A DNA stretch of 64,000 bases from the human T2T-CHM13v2.0 reference genome, Homo sapiens: NCBI RefSeq assembly GCF_009914755.1, contig NC_060930.1. One strand, written 5' to 3'. The position numbers and the translations under genes were made by a program. The notes beneath the pieces are model-generated. The model saw only the letters and a list, made by a program, of their open reading frames with translations. It had not been told where the DNA came from and did not search any database. Numbering within the stretch: position 1 is the stretch's first letter; each line of letters opens with the position of its first letter. Below are positions 25,995 through 39,100 of this stretch, piece after piece.

Positions 25995-28900
25995 CAGAGT
26001 TTAACGTTTCTTTTGATAGAGCGTTTCTGAAACACCCTTCTTGTAGTAGCTGCAAGTGGATATTTGGACCTATTGGAGGCCTTCTTTGGAAACGGGATTT
26101 CTTCATGTAACTCTAGATTGAAGAGTTCTCAGAAACTCCTTTGTGATGTGTGCATTCAATTCAAAGAGTGAAACCTCCCTTTTCACAGAGCAGTTTTGAA
26201 ACACTGTTTTTGTAGGATTTCCAAGGGGATATTTATAGCGCATTGAGCCTACGGCGGAAAAAGAAACATCTTCCTATAAAAACTAGACAGAATACTTCTC
26301 AGAATCTGCTTTGCGATGTGTGCGTTCAACTCACAGAGTAAAACTTTTCTTTTGATAGAGCAGTTTTGAAACACTCTTTTTGTAGTATTTGCATGTGTAT
26401 ATTTAGAGCGCATTGAAGCCCACAGTAGAAAAGGAAATAACTTCACCTAAAACCTAGACAGAAGCAATCTCAGAAACTACTTTGTGATGTGTACATTCAA
26501 CTCACAGAGTGGAACTTTCCTCTTTATAGAGCAGTGTTGAAACACTCTTTTTGTAGAAACTGCAAGTGGATATTTGGACCTCTTTGAGGCCTTCGTTGGA
26601 AACGGGATTTCTTCCTATAACCCTAGACAGAAGAATTTTCAGAAACCTCATTGTGATGTGTGCGTTCATCTCACAGAGTGGAGTCTTCCGTTTGATAGAG
26701 AAGTTTTGAAACCCTGTTCTTGTAGGATTTCCAAGTGGATATTTAGACCACTTTGAAGCCTATGATAGAAAAGGAAACATCTTCATGGAAAACATAGATA
26801 GAATCATCCTCAGAAACAACTTTGTGATGTGTGCGTTGAACTCACCGTCTTTAACCTTTCTTTTGGTAGAGAAGTTTTGAAACACTCTCTTTGTAAAGTC
26901 TACAAGTGGATATTTTGAGCCCTTGGAGGCATTCTTTGGAAAAGGGAATGTCTTCACATAAAAGGCAGACGGAAGTGTTCTCAGAAACTGCTTTGTGATG
27001 TCTGTGTTCAACTCACAGAGTTTAACATTTCCTTTGATAGAGCGGTTTAGTAACCCTCTCTTTGTAGAATTTGGAAGTGTATACTAAGAGCGCTTTGAGG
27101 CCTATGGTAGAAAAGGAAATATCTTTCCATAAAAGCTAGACAGAAGCAATCTCAGAAACTCCTTTGCGATGTCTGCATTCAACTCACCGAGTGGAACATT
27201 CCTCTTGAGAGAGCAGTTTGGAAACACTCTTTCTGTAGAATCAGCTTGTTTGTATTTGGACCTCCTTGAGGCCTTCGTTGGAAACGGGTTTTCATCTTAT
27301 AAACCCAGACAGAAGAATTCTCAGAGTCTTCTTTGTGATGTGTGCTTTCAACTCACCGAGATAAAGATTTCTCTTGATAGAGCAATTTGGAAACACTCTT
27401 TTTGTAGAATTTGCAAGGGTACATTGAGAGCGCTTTCAGGCCTATGGTAGAAAAGGGAATATCTTTCCATAAAAGGTAGACAGAAGCAATCTCAGAAACT
27501 ACTTTGTGATGTGTGCATTCAACTCACCGAGTGCAACGTTCCTCTTGACCGAGCAGTTTGGAAACATTGTTTCTGTAGAATCTGCAAGTGGATATTTGGA
27601 CCTCTTTGAGGCCTTCGTTGGAAACGGGATTTCTTCCTATAAACCCAGACAGAAGAATTCTCAGAGACTTCTTTGTGATGTGTGAATTCAACTCACAGTG
27701 TGGATCCTTCCTTTTGATAGAGCAGTTTTGAAACCCTGTTTTTGTAGTATTTCCAAGCGGATATTTGGAACGCCTTGAAGCGTATGGTAGAAAAGGAAAT
27801 ATCTTCCCATAAAACCTAGACAGAACCAATCTCAGAAACGACTTTGTGATGTCTGCATTCAAGTCACAGAGTTGAACATTTCTCTTGATAGAGCAGTTTT
27901 GAAACCCTCTTTCTGAAGGATCTGCAAGTGGATATTTGGAACTCCTTTGGGTCTTCGTTGGAAACGGGATTTCTTCGTATAAATCTAGACAGAAGAATTC
28001 TCAGAAACTTCCTTGTGATGTGTGCATTCAACTCAGCGAGTGGCACCTTCCTTTGGATACAGCAGTTTTGAAACACTGTTTTTGTAGTATTTCCAAGCGG
28101 ATATTTAGAGCGCCTTGAAGCCTATGCTAGAAATGGAAATATCTCCCCATAAAACCAAGACAGAAGCAATCTCAGAAACTAATGTGTGATGGCTGCATTC
28201 CACACACACGGTGGACCATTTCTCTTGATAGAGCAGTTTTGAAACACTCTTTCTGTAGAATCTGCAAGTGGATAATTGGACCTCCGAGAGGCCTTCGTTG
28301 GAAACGGGATTTCTTCATCTAAACCTACAGAGAAGTATTCTCAGTAACTTCTTCGGATGTGTGCATTCGACGCACAGAATGGAACATTCCCTTTGATAGA
28401 GCAGTTTTGAGACACCGTTTTTGTAGAATTCCCAAGTGGATATTTAGAGCACTTTGAAGTCTCTGCTAGAAGGAAACATCATCATGTAAAAAGTAGATAG
28501 AATCGTTCTCAGAAAGTGCTTAGTGTCGTGTGCGTTCAACTCACAGAGTTTAACGTTTCTTTTGATAGAGCGTTTCTGAAACACCCTTCTTGTAGTAGCT
28601 GCAAGTGGATATTTGGACCTATTGGAGGCCTTCTTTGGAAATGGGATTTCTTCATGTAACTCTAGATTGAAGAATTCTCAGAAACTCCTTTGTGATGTGT
28701 GCATTCCATTCAAAGAGTGAAACCTCTCTTTTCACAGAGCAGTTTTGAAACACTGTTTTTGTAGGATTTCCAAGGGGATATTTATAGCGCATTGAGCCTA
28801 CGGCGGAAAAAGAAACATCTTCCTATAAAACCTAGACAGAATACTTCTCAGAATCTGCTTTGCGATGTGTGCGTTCAACTCACAGAGTAAAACTTTTCTT

Positions 28901-31900
28901 TTGATAGAGCAGTTTTGAAACACTCTTTTTGTAGTATTTGCATGTGTATATTTAGAGCGCATTGAAGCCCACAGTAGAAAAGGAAATAACTTCACCTAAA
29001 ACCTAGACAGAAGCAATCTCAGAAACTACTTTGTGATGTGTACATTCAACTCACAGAGTGGAACTTTCCTCTTTATAGAGCAGTGTTGAAACACTCTTTT
29101 TGTAGAAACTGCAAGTGGATATTTGGACCTCTTTGAGGCCTTCGTTGGAAACGGGATTTCTTCCTATAACCCTAGACAGAAGAATTTTCAGAAACCTCAT
29201 TGTGATGTGTGCGTTCATCTCACAGAGTGGAGTCTTCCGTTTGATAGAGAAGTTTTGAAACCCTGTTCTTGTAGGATTTCCAAGTGGATATTTAGACCAC
29301 TTTGAAGCCTATGATAGAAAAGGAAACATCTTCATGGAAAACATAGATAGAATCATCCTCAGAAACAACTTTGTGATGTGTGCGTTGAACTCACCGTCTT
29401 TAACCTTTCTTTTGGTAGAGAAGTTTTGAAACACTCTCTTTGTAAAGTCTACAAGTGGATATTTTGAGCCCTTGGAGGCATTCTTTGGAAAAGGGAATGT
29501 CTTCACATAAAAGGCAGACGGAAGTGTTCTCAGAAACTGCTTTGTGATGTCTGTGTTCAACTCACAGAGTTTAACATTTCCTTTGATAGAGCGGTTTAGT
29601 AACCCTCTCTTTGTAGAATTTGGAAGTGTATACTAAGAGCGCTTTGAGGCCTATGGTAGAAAAGGAAATATCTTTCCATAAAAGCTAGACAGAAGCAATC
29701 TCAGAAACTCCTTTGCGATGTCTGCATTCAACTCACCGAGTGGAACATTCCTCTTGAGAGAGCAGTTTGGAAACACTCTTTCTGTAGAATCAGCTTGTTT
29801 GTATTTGGACCTCCTTGAGGCCTTCGTTGGAAACGGGTTTTCATCTTATAAACCCAGACAGAAGAATTCTCAGAGTCTTCTTTGTGATGTGTGCTTTCAA
29901 CTCACCGAGATAAAGATTTCTCTTGATAGAGCAATTTGGAAACACTCTTTTTGTAGAATTTGCAAGGGTACATTGAGAGCGCTTTCAGGCCTATGGTAGA
30001 AAAGGGAATATCTTTCCATAAAAGGTAGACAGAAGCAATCTCAGAAACTACTTTGTGATGTGTGCATTCAACTCACCGAGTGCAACGTTCCTCTTGACCG
30101 AGCAGTTTGGAAACATTGTTTCTGTAGAATCTGCAAGTGGATATTTGGACCTCTTTGAGGCCTTCGTTGGAAACGGGATTTCTTCCTATAAACCCAGACA
30201 GAAGAATTCTCAGAGACTTCTTTGTGATGTGTGAATTCAACTCACAGTGTGGATCCTTCCTTTTGATAGAGCAGTTTTGAAACCCTGTTTTTGTAGTATT
30301 TCCAAGCGGATATTTGGAACGCCTTGAAGCGTATGGTAGAAAAGGAAATATCTTCCCATAAAACCTAGACAGAACCAATCTCAGAAACGACTTTGTGATG
30401 TCTGCATTCAAGTCACAGAGTTGAACATTTCTCTTGATAGAGCAGTTTTGAAACCCTCTTTCTGAAGGATCTGCAAGTGGATATTTGGAACTCCTTTGGG
30501 TCTTCGTTGGAAACGGGATTTCTTCGTATAAATCTAGACAGAAGAATTCTCAGAAACTTCCTTGTGATGTGTGCATTCAACTCAGCGAGTGGCACCTTCC
30601 TTTGGATACAGCAGTTTTGAAACACTGTTTTTGTAGTATTTCCAAGCGGATATTTAGAGCGCCTTGAAGCCTATGCTAGAAATGGAAATATCTCCCCATA
30701 AAACCAAGACAGAAGCAATCTCAGAAACTAATGTGTGATGGCTGCATTCCACACACACGGTGGACCATTTCTCTTGATAGAGCAGTTTTGAAACACTCTT
30801 TCTGTAGAATCTGCAAGTGGATAATTGGACCTCCGAGAGGCCTTCGTTGGAAACGGGATTTCTTCATCTAAACCTACAGAGAAGTATTCTCAGTAACTTC
30901 TTCGGATGTGTGCATTCGACGCACAGAATGGAACATTCCCTTTGATAGAGCAGTTTTGAGACACCGTTTTTGTAGAATTCCCAAGTGGATATTTAGAGCA
31001 CTTTGAAGTCTCTGCTAGAAGGAAACATCATCATGTAAAAAGTAGATAGAATCGTTCTCAGAAAGTGCTTAGTGTCGTGTGCGTTCAACTCACAGAGTTT
31101 AACGTTTCTTTTGATAGAGCGTTTCTGAAACACCCTTCTTGTAGTAGCTGCAAGTGGATATTTGGACCTATTGGAGGCCTTCTTTGGAAATGGGATTTCT
31201 TCATGTAACTCTAGATTGAAGAATTCTCAGAAACTCCTTTGTGATGTGTGCATTCCATTCAAAGAGTGAAACCTCTCTTTTCACAGAGCAGTTTTGAAAC
31301 ACTGTTTTTGTAGGATTTCCAAGGGGATATTTATAGCGCATTGAGCCTACGGCGGAAAAAGAAACATCTTCCTATAAAACCTAGACAGAATACTTCTCAG
31401 AATCTGCTTTGCGATGTGTGCGTTCAACTCACAGAGTAAAACTTTTCTTTTGATAGAGCAGTTTTGAAACACTCTTTTTGTAGTATTTGCATGTGTATAT
31501 TTAGAGCGCATTGAAGCCCACAGTAGAAAAGGAAATAACTTCACCTAAAACCTAGACAGAAGCAATCTCAGAAACTACTTTGTGATGTGTACATTCAACT
31601 CACAGAGTGGAACTTTCCTCTTTATAGAGCAGTGTTGAAACACTCTTTTTGTAGAAACTGCAAGTGGATATTTGGACCTCTTTGAGGCCTTCGTTGGAAA
31701 CGGGATTTCTTCCTATAACCCTAGACAGAAGAATTTTCAGAAACCTCATTGTGATGTGTGCGTTCATCTCACAGAGTGGAGTCTTCCGTTTGATAGAGAA
31801 GTTTTGAAACCCTGTTCTTGTAGGATTTCCAAGTGGATATTTAGACCACTTTGAAGCCTATGATAGAAAAGGAAACATCTTCATGGAAAACATAGATAGA

Positions 31901-34900
31901 ATCATCCTCAGAAACAACTTTGTGATGTGTGCGTTGAACTCACCGTCTTTAACCTTTCTTTTGGTAGAGAAGTTTTGAAACACTCTCTTTGTAAAGTCTA
32001 CAAGTGGATATTTTGAGCCCTTGGAGGCATTCTTTGGAAAAGGGAATGTCTTCACATAAAAGGCAGACGGAAGTGTTCTCAGAAACTGCTTTGTGATGTC
32101 TGTGTTCAACTCACAGAGTTTAACATTTCCTTTGATAGAGCGGTTTAGTAACCCTCTCTTTGTAGAATTTGGAAGTGTATACTAAGAGCGCTTTGAGGCC
32201 TATGGTAGAAAAGGAAATATCTTTCCATAAAAGCTAGACAGAAGCAATCTCAGAAACTCCTTTGCGATGTCTGCATTCAACTCACCGAGTGGAACATTCC
32301 TCTTGAGAGAGCAGTTTGGAAACACTCTTTCTGTAGAATCAGCTTGTTTGTATTTGGACCTCCTTGAGGCCTTCGTTGGAAACGGGTTTTCATCTTATAA
32401 ACCCAGACAGAAGAATTCTCAGAGTCTTCTTTGTGATGTGTGCTTTCAACTCACCGAGATAAAGATTTCTCTTGATAGAGCAATTTGGAAACACTCTTTT
32501 TGTAGAATTTGCAAGGGTACATTGAGAGCGCTTTCAGGCCTATGGTAGAAAAGGGAATATCTTTCCATAAAAGGTAGACAGAAGCAATCTCAGAAACTAC
32601 TTTGTGATGTGTGCATTCAACTCACCGAGTGCAACGTTCCTCTTGACCGAGCAGTTTGGAAACATTGTTTCTGTAGAATCTGCAAGTGGATATTTGGACC
32701 TCTTTGAGGCCTTCGTTGGAAACGGGATTTCTTCCTATAAACCCAGACAGAAGAATTCTCAGAGACTTCTTTGTGATGTGTGAATTCAACTCACAGTGTG
32801 GATCCTTCCTTTTGATAGAGCAGTTTTGAAACCCTGTTTTTGTAGTATTTCCAAGCGGATATTTGGAACGCCTTGAAGCGTATGGTAGAAAAGGAAATAT
32901 CTTCCCATAAAACCTAGACAGAACCAATCTCAGAAACGACTTTGTGATGTCTGCATTCAAGTCACAGAGTTGAACATTTCTCTTGATAGAGCAGTTTTGA
33001 AACCCTCTTTCTGAAGGATCTGCAAGTGGATATTTGGAACTCCTTTGGGTCTTCGTTGGAAACGGGATTTCTTCGTATAAATCTAGACAGAAGAATTCTC
33101 AGAAACTTCCTTGTGATGTGTGCATTCAACTCAGCGAGTGGCACCTTCCTTTGGATACAGCAGTTTTGAAACACTGTTTTTGTAGTATTTCCAAGCGGAT
33201 ATTTAGAGCGCCTTGAAGCCTATGCTAGAAATGGAAATATCTCCCCATAAAACCAAGACAGAAGCAATCTCAGAAACTAATGTGTGATGGCTGCATTCCA
33301 CACACACGGTGGACCATTTCTCTTGATAGAGCAGTTTTGAAACACTCTTTCTGTAGAATCTGCAAGTGGATAATTGGACCTCCGAGAGGCCTTCGTTGGA
33401 AACGGGATTTCTTCATCTAAACCTACAGAGAAGTATTCTCAGTAACTTCTTCGGATGTGTGCATTCGACGCACAGAATGGAACATTCCCTTTGATAGAGC
33501 AGTTTTGAGACACCGTTTTTGTAGAATTCCCAAGTGGATATTTAGAGCACTTTGAAGTCTCTGCTAGAAGGAAACATCATCATGTAAAAAGTAGATAGAA
33601 TCGTTCTCAGAAAGTGCTTAGTGTCGTGTGCGTTCAACTCACAGAGTTTAACGTTTCTTTTGATAGAGCGTTTCTGAAACACCCTTCTTGTAGTAGCTGC
33701 AAGTGGATATTTGGACCTATTGGAGGCCTTCTTTGGAAATGGGATTTCTTCATGTAACTCTAGATTGAAGAATTCTCAGAAACTCCTTTGTGATGTGTGC
33801 ATTCCATTCAAAGAGTGAAACCTCTCTTTTCACAGAGCAGTTTTGAAACACTGTTTTTGTAGGATTTCCAAGGGGATATTTATAGCGCATTGAGCCTACG
33901 GCGGAAAAAGAAACATCTTCCTATAAAACCTAGACAGAATACTTCTCAGAATCTGCTTTGCGATGTGTGCGTTCAACTCACAGAGTAAAACTTTTCTTTT
34001 GATAGAGCAGTTTTGAAACACTCTTTTTGTAGTATTTGCATGTGTATATTTAGAGCGCATTGAAGCCCACAGTAGAAAAGGAAATAACTTCACCTAAAAC
34101 CTAGACAGAAGCAATCTCAGAAACTACTTTGTGATGTGTACATTCAACTCACAGAGTGGAACTTTCCTCTTTATAGAGCAGTGTTGAAACACTCTTTTTG
34201 TAGAAACTGCAAGTGGATATTTGGACCTCTTTGAGGCCTTCGTTGGAAACGGGATTTCTTCCTATAACCCTAGACAGAAGAATTTTCAGAAACCTCATTG
34301 TGATGTGTGCGTTCATCTCACAGAGTGGAGTCTTCCGTTTGATAGAGAAGTTTTGAAACCCTGTTCTTGTAGGATTTCCAAGTGGATATTTAGACCACTT
34401 TGAAGCCTATGATAGAAAAGGAAACATCTTCATGGAAAACATAGATAGAATCATCCTCAGAAACAACTTTGTGATGTGTGCGTTGAACTCACCGTCTTTA
34501 ACCTTTCTTTTGGTAGAGAAGTTTTGAAACACTCTCTTTGTAAAGTCTACAAGTGGATATTTTGAGCCCTTGGAGGCATTCTTTGGAAAAGGGAATGTCT
34601 TCACATAAAAGGCAGACGGAAGTGTTCTCAGAAACTGCTTTGTGATGTCTGTGTTCAACTCACAGAGTTTAACATTTCCTTTGATAGAGCGGTTTAGTAA
34701 CCCTCTCTTTGTAGAATTTGGAAGTGTATACTAAGAGCGCTTTGAGGCCTATGGTAGAAAAGGAAATATCTTTCCATAAAAGCTAGACAGAAGCAATCTC
34801 AGAAACTCCTTTGTGATGTCTGCATTCAACTCACCGAGTGGAACATTCCTCTTGAGAGAGCAGTTTGGAAACACTCTTTCTGTAGAATCAGCTTGTTTGT

Positions 34901-36192
34901 ATTTGGACCTCCTTGAGGCCTTCGTTGGAAACGGGTTTTCATCTTATAAACCCAGACAGAAGAATTCTCAGAGTCTTCTTTGTGATGTGTGCTTTCAACT
35001 CACCGAGATGAAGATTTCTCTTGATAGAGCAATTTGGAAACACTCTTTTTGTAGAATTTGCAAGGGTACATTGAGAGCGCTTTCAGGCCTATGGTAGAAA
35101 AGGGAATATCTTTCCATAAAAGGTAGACAGAAGCAATCTCAGAAACTACTTTGTGATGTGTGCATTCAACTCACCGAGTGCAACGTTCCTCTTGACCGAG
35201 CAGTTTGGAAACATTGTTTCTGTAGAATCTGCAAGTGGATATTTGGACCTCTTTGAGGCCTTCGTTGGAAACGGGATTTCTTCCTATAAACCCAGACAGA
35301 AGAATTCTCAGAGACTTCTTTGTGATGTGTGAATTCAACTCACAGTGTGGATCCTTCCTTTTGATAGAGCAGTTTTGAAACCCTGTTTTTGTAGTATTTC
35401 CAAGCGGATATTTGGAACGCCTTGAAGCGTATGGTAGAAAAGGAAATATCTTCCCATAAAACCTAGACAGAACCAATCTCAGAAACGACTTTGTGATGTC
35501 TGCATTCAAGTCACAGAGTTGAACATTTCTCTTGATAGAGCAGTTTTGAAACCCTCTTTCTGAAGGATCTGCAAGTGGATATTTGGAACTCCTTTGGGTC
35601 TTCGTTGGAAACGGGATTTCTTCGTATAAATCTAGACAGAAGAATTCTCAGAAACTTCCTTGTGATGTGTGCATTCAACTCAGCGAGTGGCACCTTCCTT
35701 TGGATACAGCAGTTTTGAAACACTGTTTTTGTAGTATTTCCAAGCGGATATTTAGAGCGCCTTGAAGCCTATGCTAGAAATGGAAATATCTCCCCATAAA
35801 ACCAAGACGGAAGCAATCTCAGAAACTAATGTGTGATGGCTGCATTCCACACACACGGTGGACCATTTCTCTTGATAGAGCAGTTTTGAAACACTCTTTC
35901 TGTAGAATCTGCAAGTGGATAATTGGACCTCCGAGAGGCCTTCGTTGGAAACGGGATTTCTTCATCTAAACCTACAGAGAAGTATTCTCAGTAACTTCTT
36001 CGGATGTGTGCATTCGACGCACAGAATGGAACATTCCCTTTGATAGAGCAGTTTTGAGACACCGTTTTTGTAGAATTCCCAAGTGGATATTTAGAGCACT
36101 TTGAAGTCTCTGCTAGAAAAGGAAACATCATCATGTAAAAAGTAGATAGAATCGTTCTCAGAAAGTGCTTAGTGTCGTGTGCGTTCAACTCA
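25995..36192 (+). repeat. Four 15-mer HOR copies (U10-U12 2549 bp; U13 2551 bp)
   Basis: Spacing is 2549 along 26249-28798-31347-33896 and 2551 from 33896 to 36447. U10-U12 carry an extra 2-bp deletion (ctagaaggaaac). Confidence 0.96.
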
Positions 36193-39100
36193 CAGAGTTT
36201 AACGTTTCTTTTGATAGAGCGTTTCTGAAACACCCTTCTTGTAGTAGCTGCAAGTGGATATTTGGACCTATTGGAGGCCTTCTTTGGAAATGGGATTTCT
36301 TCATGTAACTCTAGATTGAAGAATTCTCAGAAACTCCTTTGTGATGTGTGCATTCAATTCAAAGAGTGAAACCTCTCTTTTCACAGAGCAGTTTTGAAAC
36401 ACTGTTTTTGTAGGATTTCCAAGTGGATATTTATAGCGCATTGAGCCTACGGCGGAAAAAGAAACATCTTCCTATAAAAACTAGACAGAATACTTCTCAG
36501 AATCTGCTTTGCGATGTGTGCGTTCAACTCACAGAGTAAAACTTTTCTTTTGATAGAGCAGTTTTGAAACACTCTTTTTGTAGTATTTGCATGTGTATAT
36601 TTAGAGCGCATTGAAGCCCACAGTAGAAAAGGAAATAACTTCACCTAAAACCTAGACAGAAGCAATCTCAGAAACTACTTTGTGATGTGTACATTCAACT
36701 CACAGAGTGGAACTTTCCTCTTTATAGAGCAGTGTTGAAACACTCTTTTTGTAGAAACTGCAAGTGGATATTTGGACCTCTTTGAGGCCTTCGTTGGAAA
36801 CGGGATTTCTTCCTATAACCCTAGACAGAAGAATTTTCAGAAACCTCATTGTGATGTGTGCGTTCATCTCACAGAGTGGAGTCTTCCGTTTGATAGAGAA
36901 GTTTTGAAACCCTGTTCTTGTAGGATTTCCAAGTGGATATTTAGACCACTTTGAAGCCTATGATAGAAAAGGAAACATCTTCATGGAAAACATAGATAGA
37001 ATCATCCTCAGAAACAACTTTGTGATGTGTGCGTTGAACTCACCGTCTTTAACCTTTCTTTTGGTAGAGAAGTTTTGAAACACTCTCTTTGTAAAGTCTA
37101 CAAGTGGATATTTTGAGCCCTTGGAGGCATTCTTTGGAAAAGGGAATGTCTTCACATAAAAGGCAGACAGAAGTGTTCTCAGAAACTGCTTTGTGATGTC
37201 TGTGTTCAACTCACAGAGTTTAACATTTCCTTTGATAGAGCGGTTTAGTAACCCTCTCTTTGTAGAATTTGGAAGTGTATACTAAGAGCGCTTTGAGGCC
37301 TATGGTAGAAAAGGAAATATCTTTCCATAAAAGCTAGACAGAAGCAATCTCAGAAACTCCTTTGTGATGTCTGCATTCAACTCACCGAGTGGAACATTCC
37401 TCTTGAGAGAGCAGTTTGGAAACACTCTTTCTGTAGAATCAGCTTGTTTGTATTTGGACCTCCTTGAGGCCTTCGTTGGAAACGGGTTTTCATCTTATAA
37501 ACCCAGACAGAAGAATTCTCAGAGTCTTCTTTGTGATGTGTGCTTTCAACTCACCGAGATAAAGATTTCTCTTGATAGAGCAATTTGGAAACACTCTTTT
37601 TGTAGAATTTGCAAGGGTACATTGAGAGCGCTTTCAGGCCTATGGTAGAAAAGGGAATATCTTTCCATAAAAGGTAGACAGAAGCAATCTCAGAAACTAC
37701 TTTGTGATGTGTGCATTCAACTCACCGAGTGCAACGTTCCTCTTGACCGAGCAGTTTGGAAACATTGTTTCTGTAGAATCTGCAAGTGGATATTTGGACC
37801 TCTTTGAGGCCTTCGTTGGAAACGGGATTTCTTCCTATAAACCCAGACAGAAGAATTCTCAGAGACTTCTTTGTGATGTGTGAATTCAACTCACAGTGTG
37901 GATCCTTCCTTTTGATAGAGCAGTTTTGAAACCCTGTTTTTGTAGTATTTCCAAGCGGATATTTGGAACGCCTTGAAGCGTATGGTAGAAAAGGAAATAT
38001 CTTCCCATAAAACCTAGACAGAACCAATCTCAGAAACGACTTTGTGATGTCTGCATTCAAGTCACAGAGTTGAACATTTCTCTTGATAGAGCAGTTTTGA
38101 AACCCTCTTTCTGAAGGATCTGCAAGTGGATATTTGGAACTCCTTTGGGTCTTCGTTGGAAACGGGATTTCTTCGTATAAATCTAGACAGAAGAATTCTC
38201 CGAAACTTCTTTGGTTGTGTGCATTCAAGTCACAGAGTGGAACCTTCCTTTGGATAGAGCAGTTTGAAACGCCGTGGTTGTAGTATTTCCAAGCGGATAT
38301 TAGAGCGCCTTGAGGCCTATGGTAGAAAAGGAAATATCTTCCCATAAAACCTAGACGGAAGCAATCTCAGAAACTACTGTGTGATGGCTGCATTCCACAC
38401 ACACGGTGGAACATTTCTCTTGATAGAGCAGTTTTGAAACACTCTTTCTGTAGAATCTGCAAGTGGATAATTGGACCGCCTTGAGGCCTTCGTTGGAAAC
38501 GGGATTTCTTCATGTTACTCTAGATAGAAGAATTCTCAAACACTGCTATGTGATGTTTGCATTCAAGTCACAGAGTGCAACATTCCTCTTGGTAGAGCAG
38601 TTGGGAAACACTCCTTTTGTAGAATCTGCAATGGGATATTTGGACTTCTTTGAGGCCTTCGTTGGAAACGGGATTTCTTCGTATGAATCTAGACAGAAGA
38701 ATTCTCAGAAACTTCCTTGTGATGTGTGCATTCAACTCAGCGAGTGGCACCTTCCTTTGGATACAGCAGTTTTGAAACACTGTTTTTGTAGTATTTCCAA
38801 GCGGATATTTAGAGCGCCTTGAAGCCTATGCTAGAAATGGAAATATCTCCCCATAAAACCAAGACAGAAGCAATCTCAGAAACTAATGTGTGATGGCTGC
38901 ATTCCACACACACGGTGGACCATTTCTCTTGATAGAGCAGTTTTGAAACACTCTTTCTGTAGAATCTGCAAGTGGATAATTGGACCTCCTAGAGGCCTTC
39001 GTTGGAAACGGGATTTCTTCATCTAAACCTACAGAGAAGAATTCTCAGTAACTTCTTCGGATGTGTGCATTCGACGCACAGAATGGAACATTCCCTTTGA

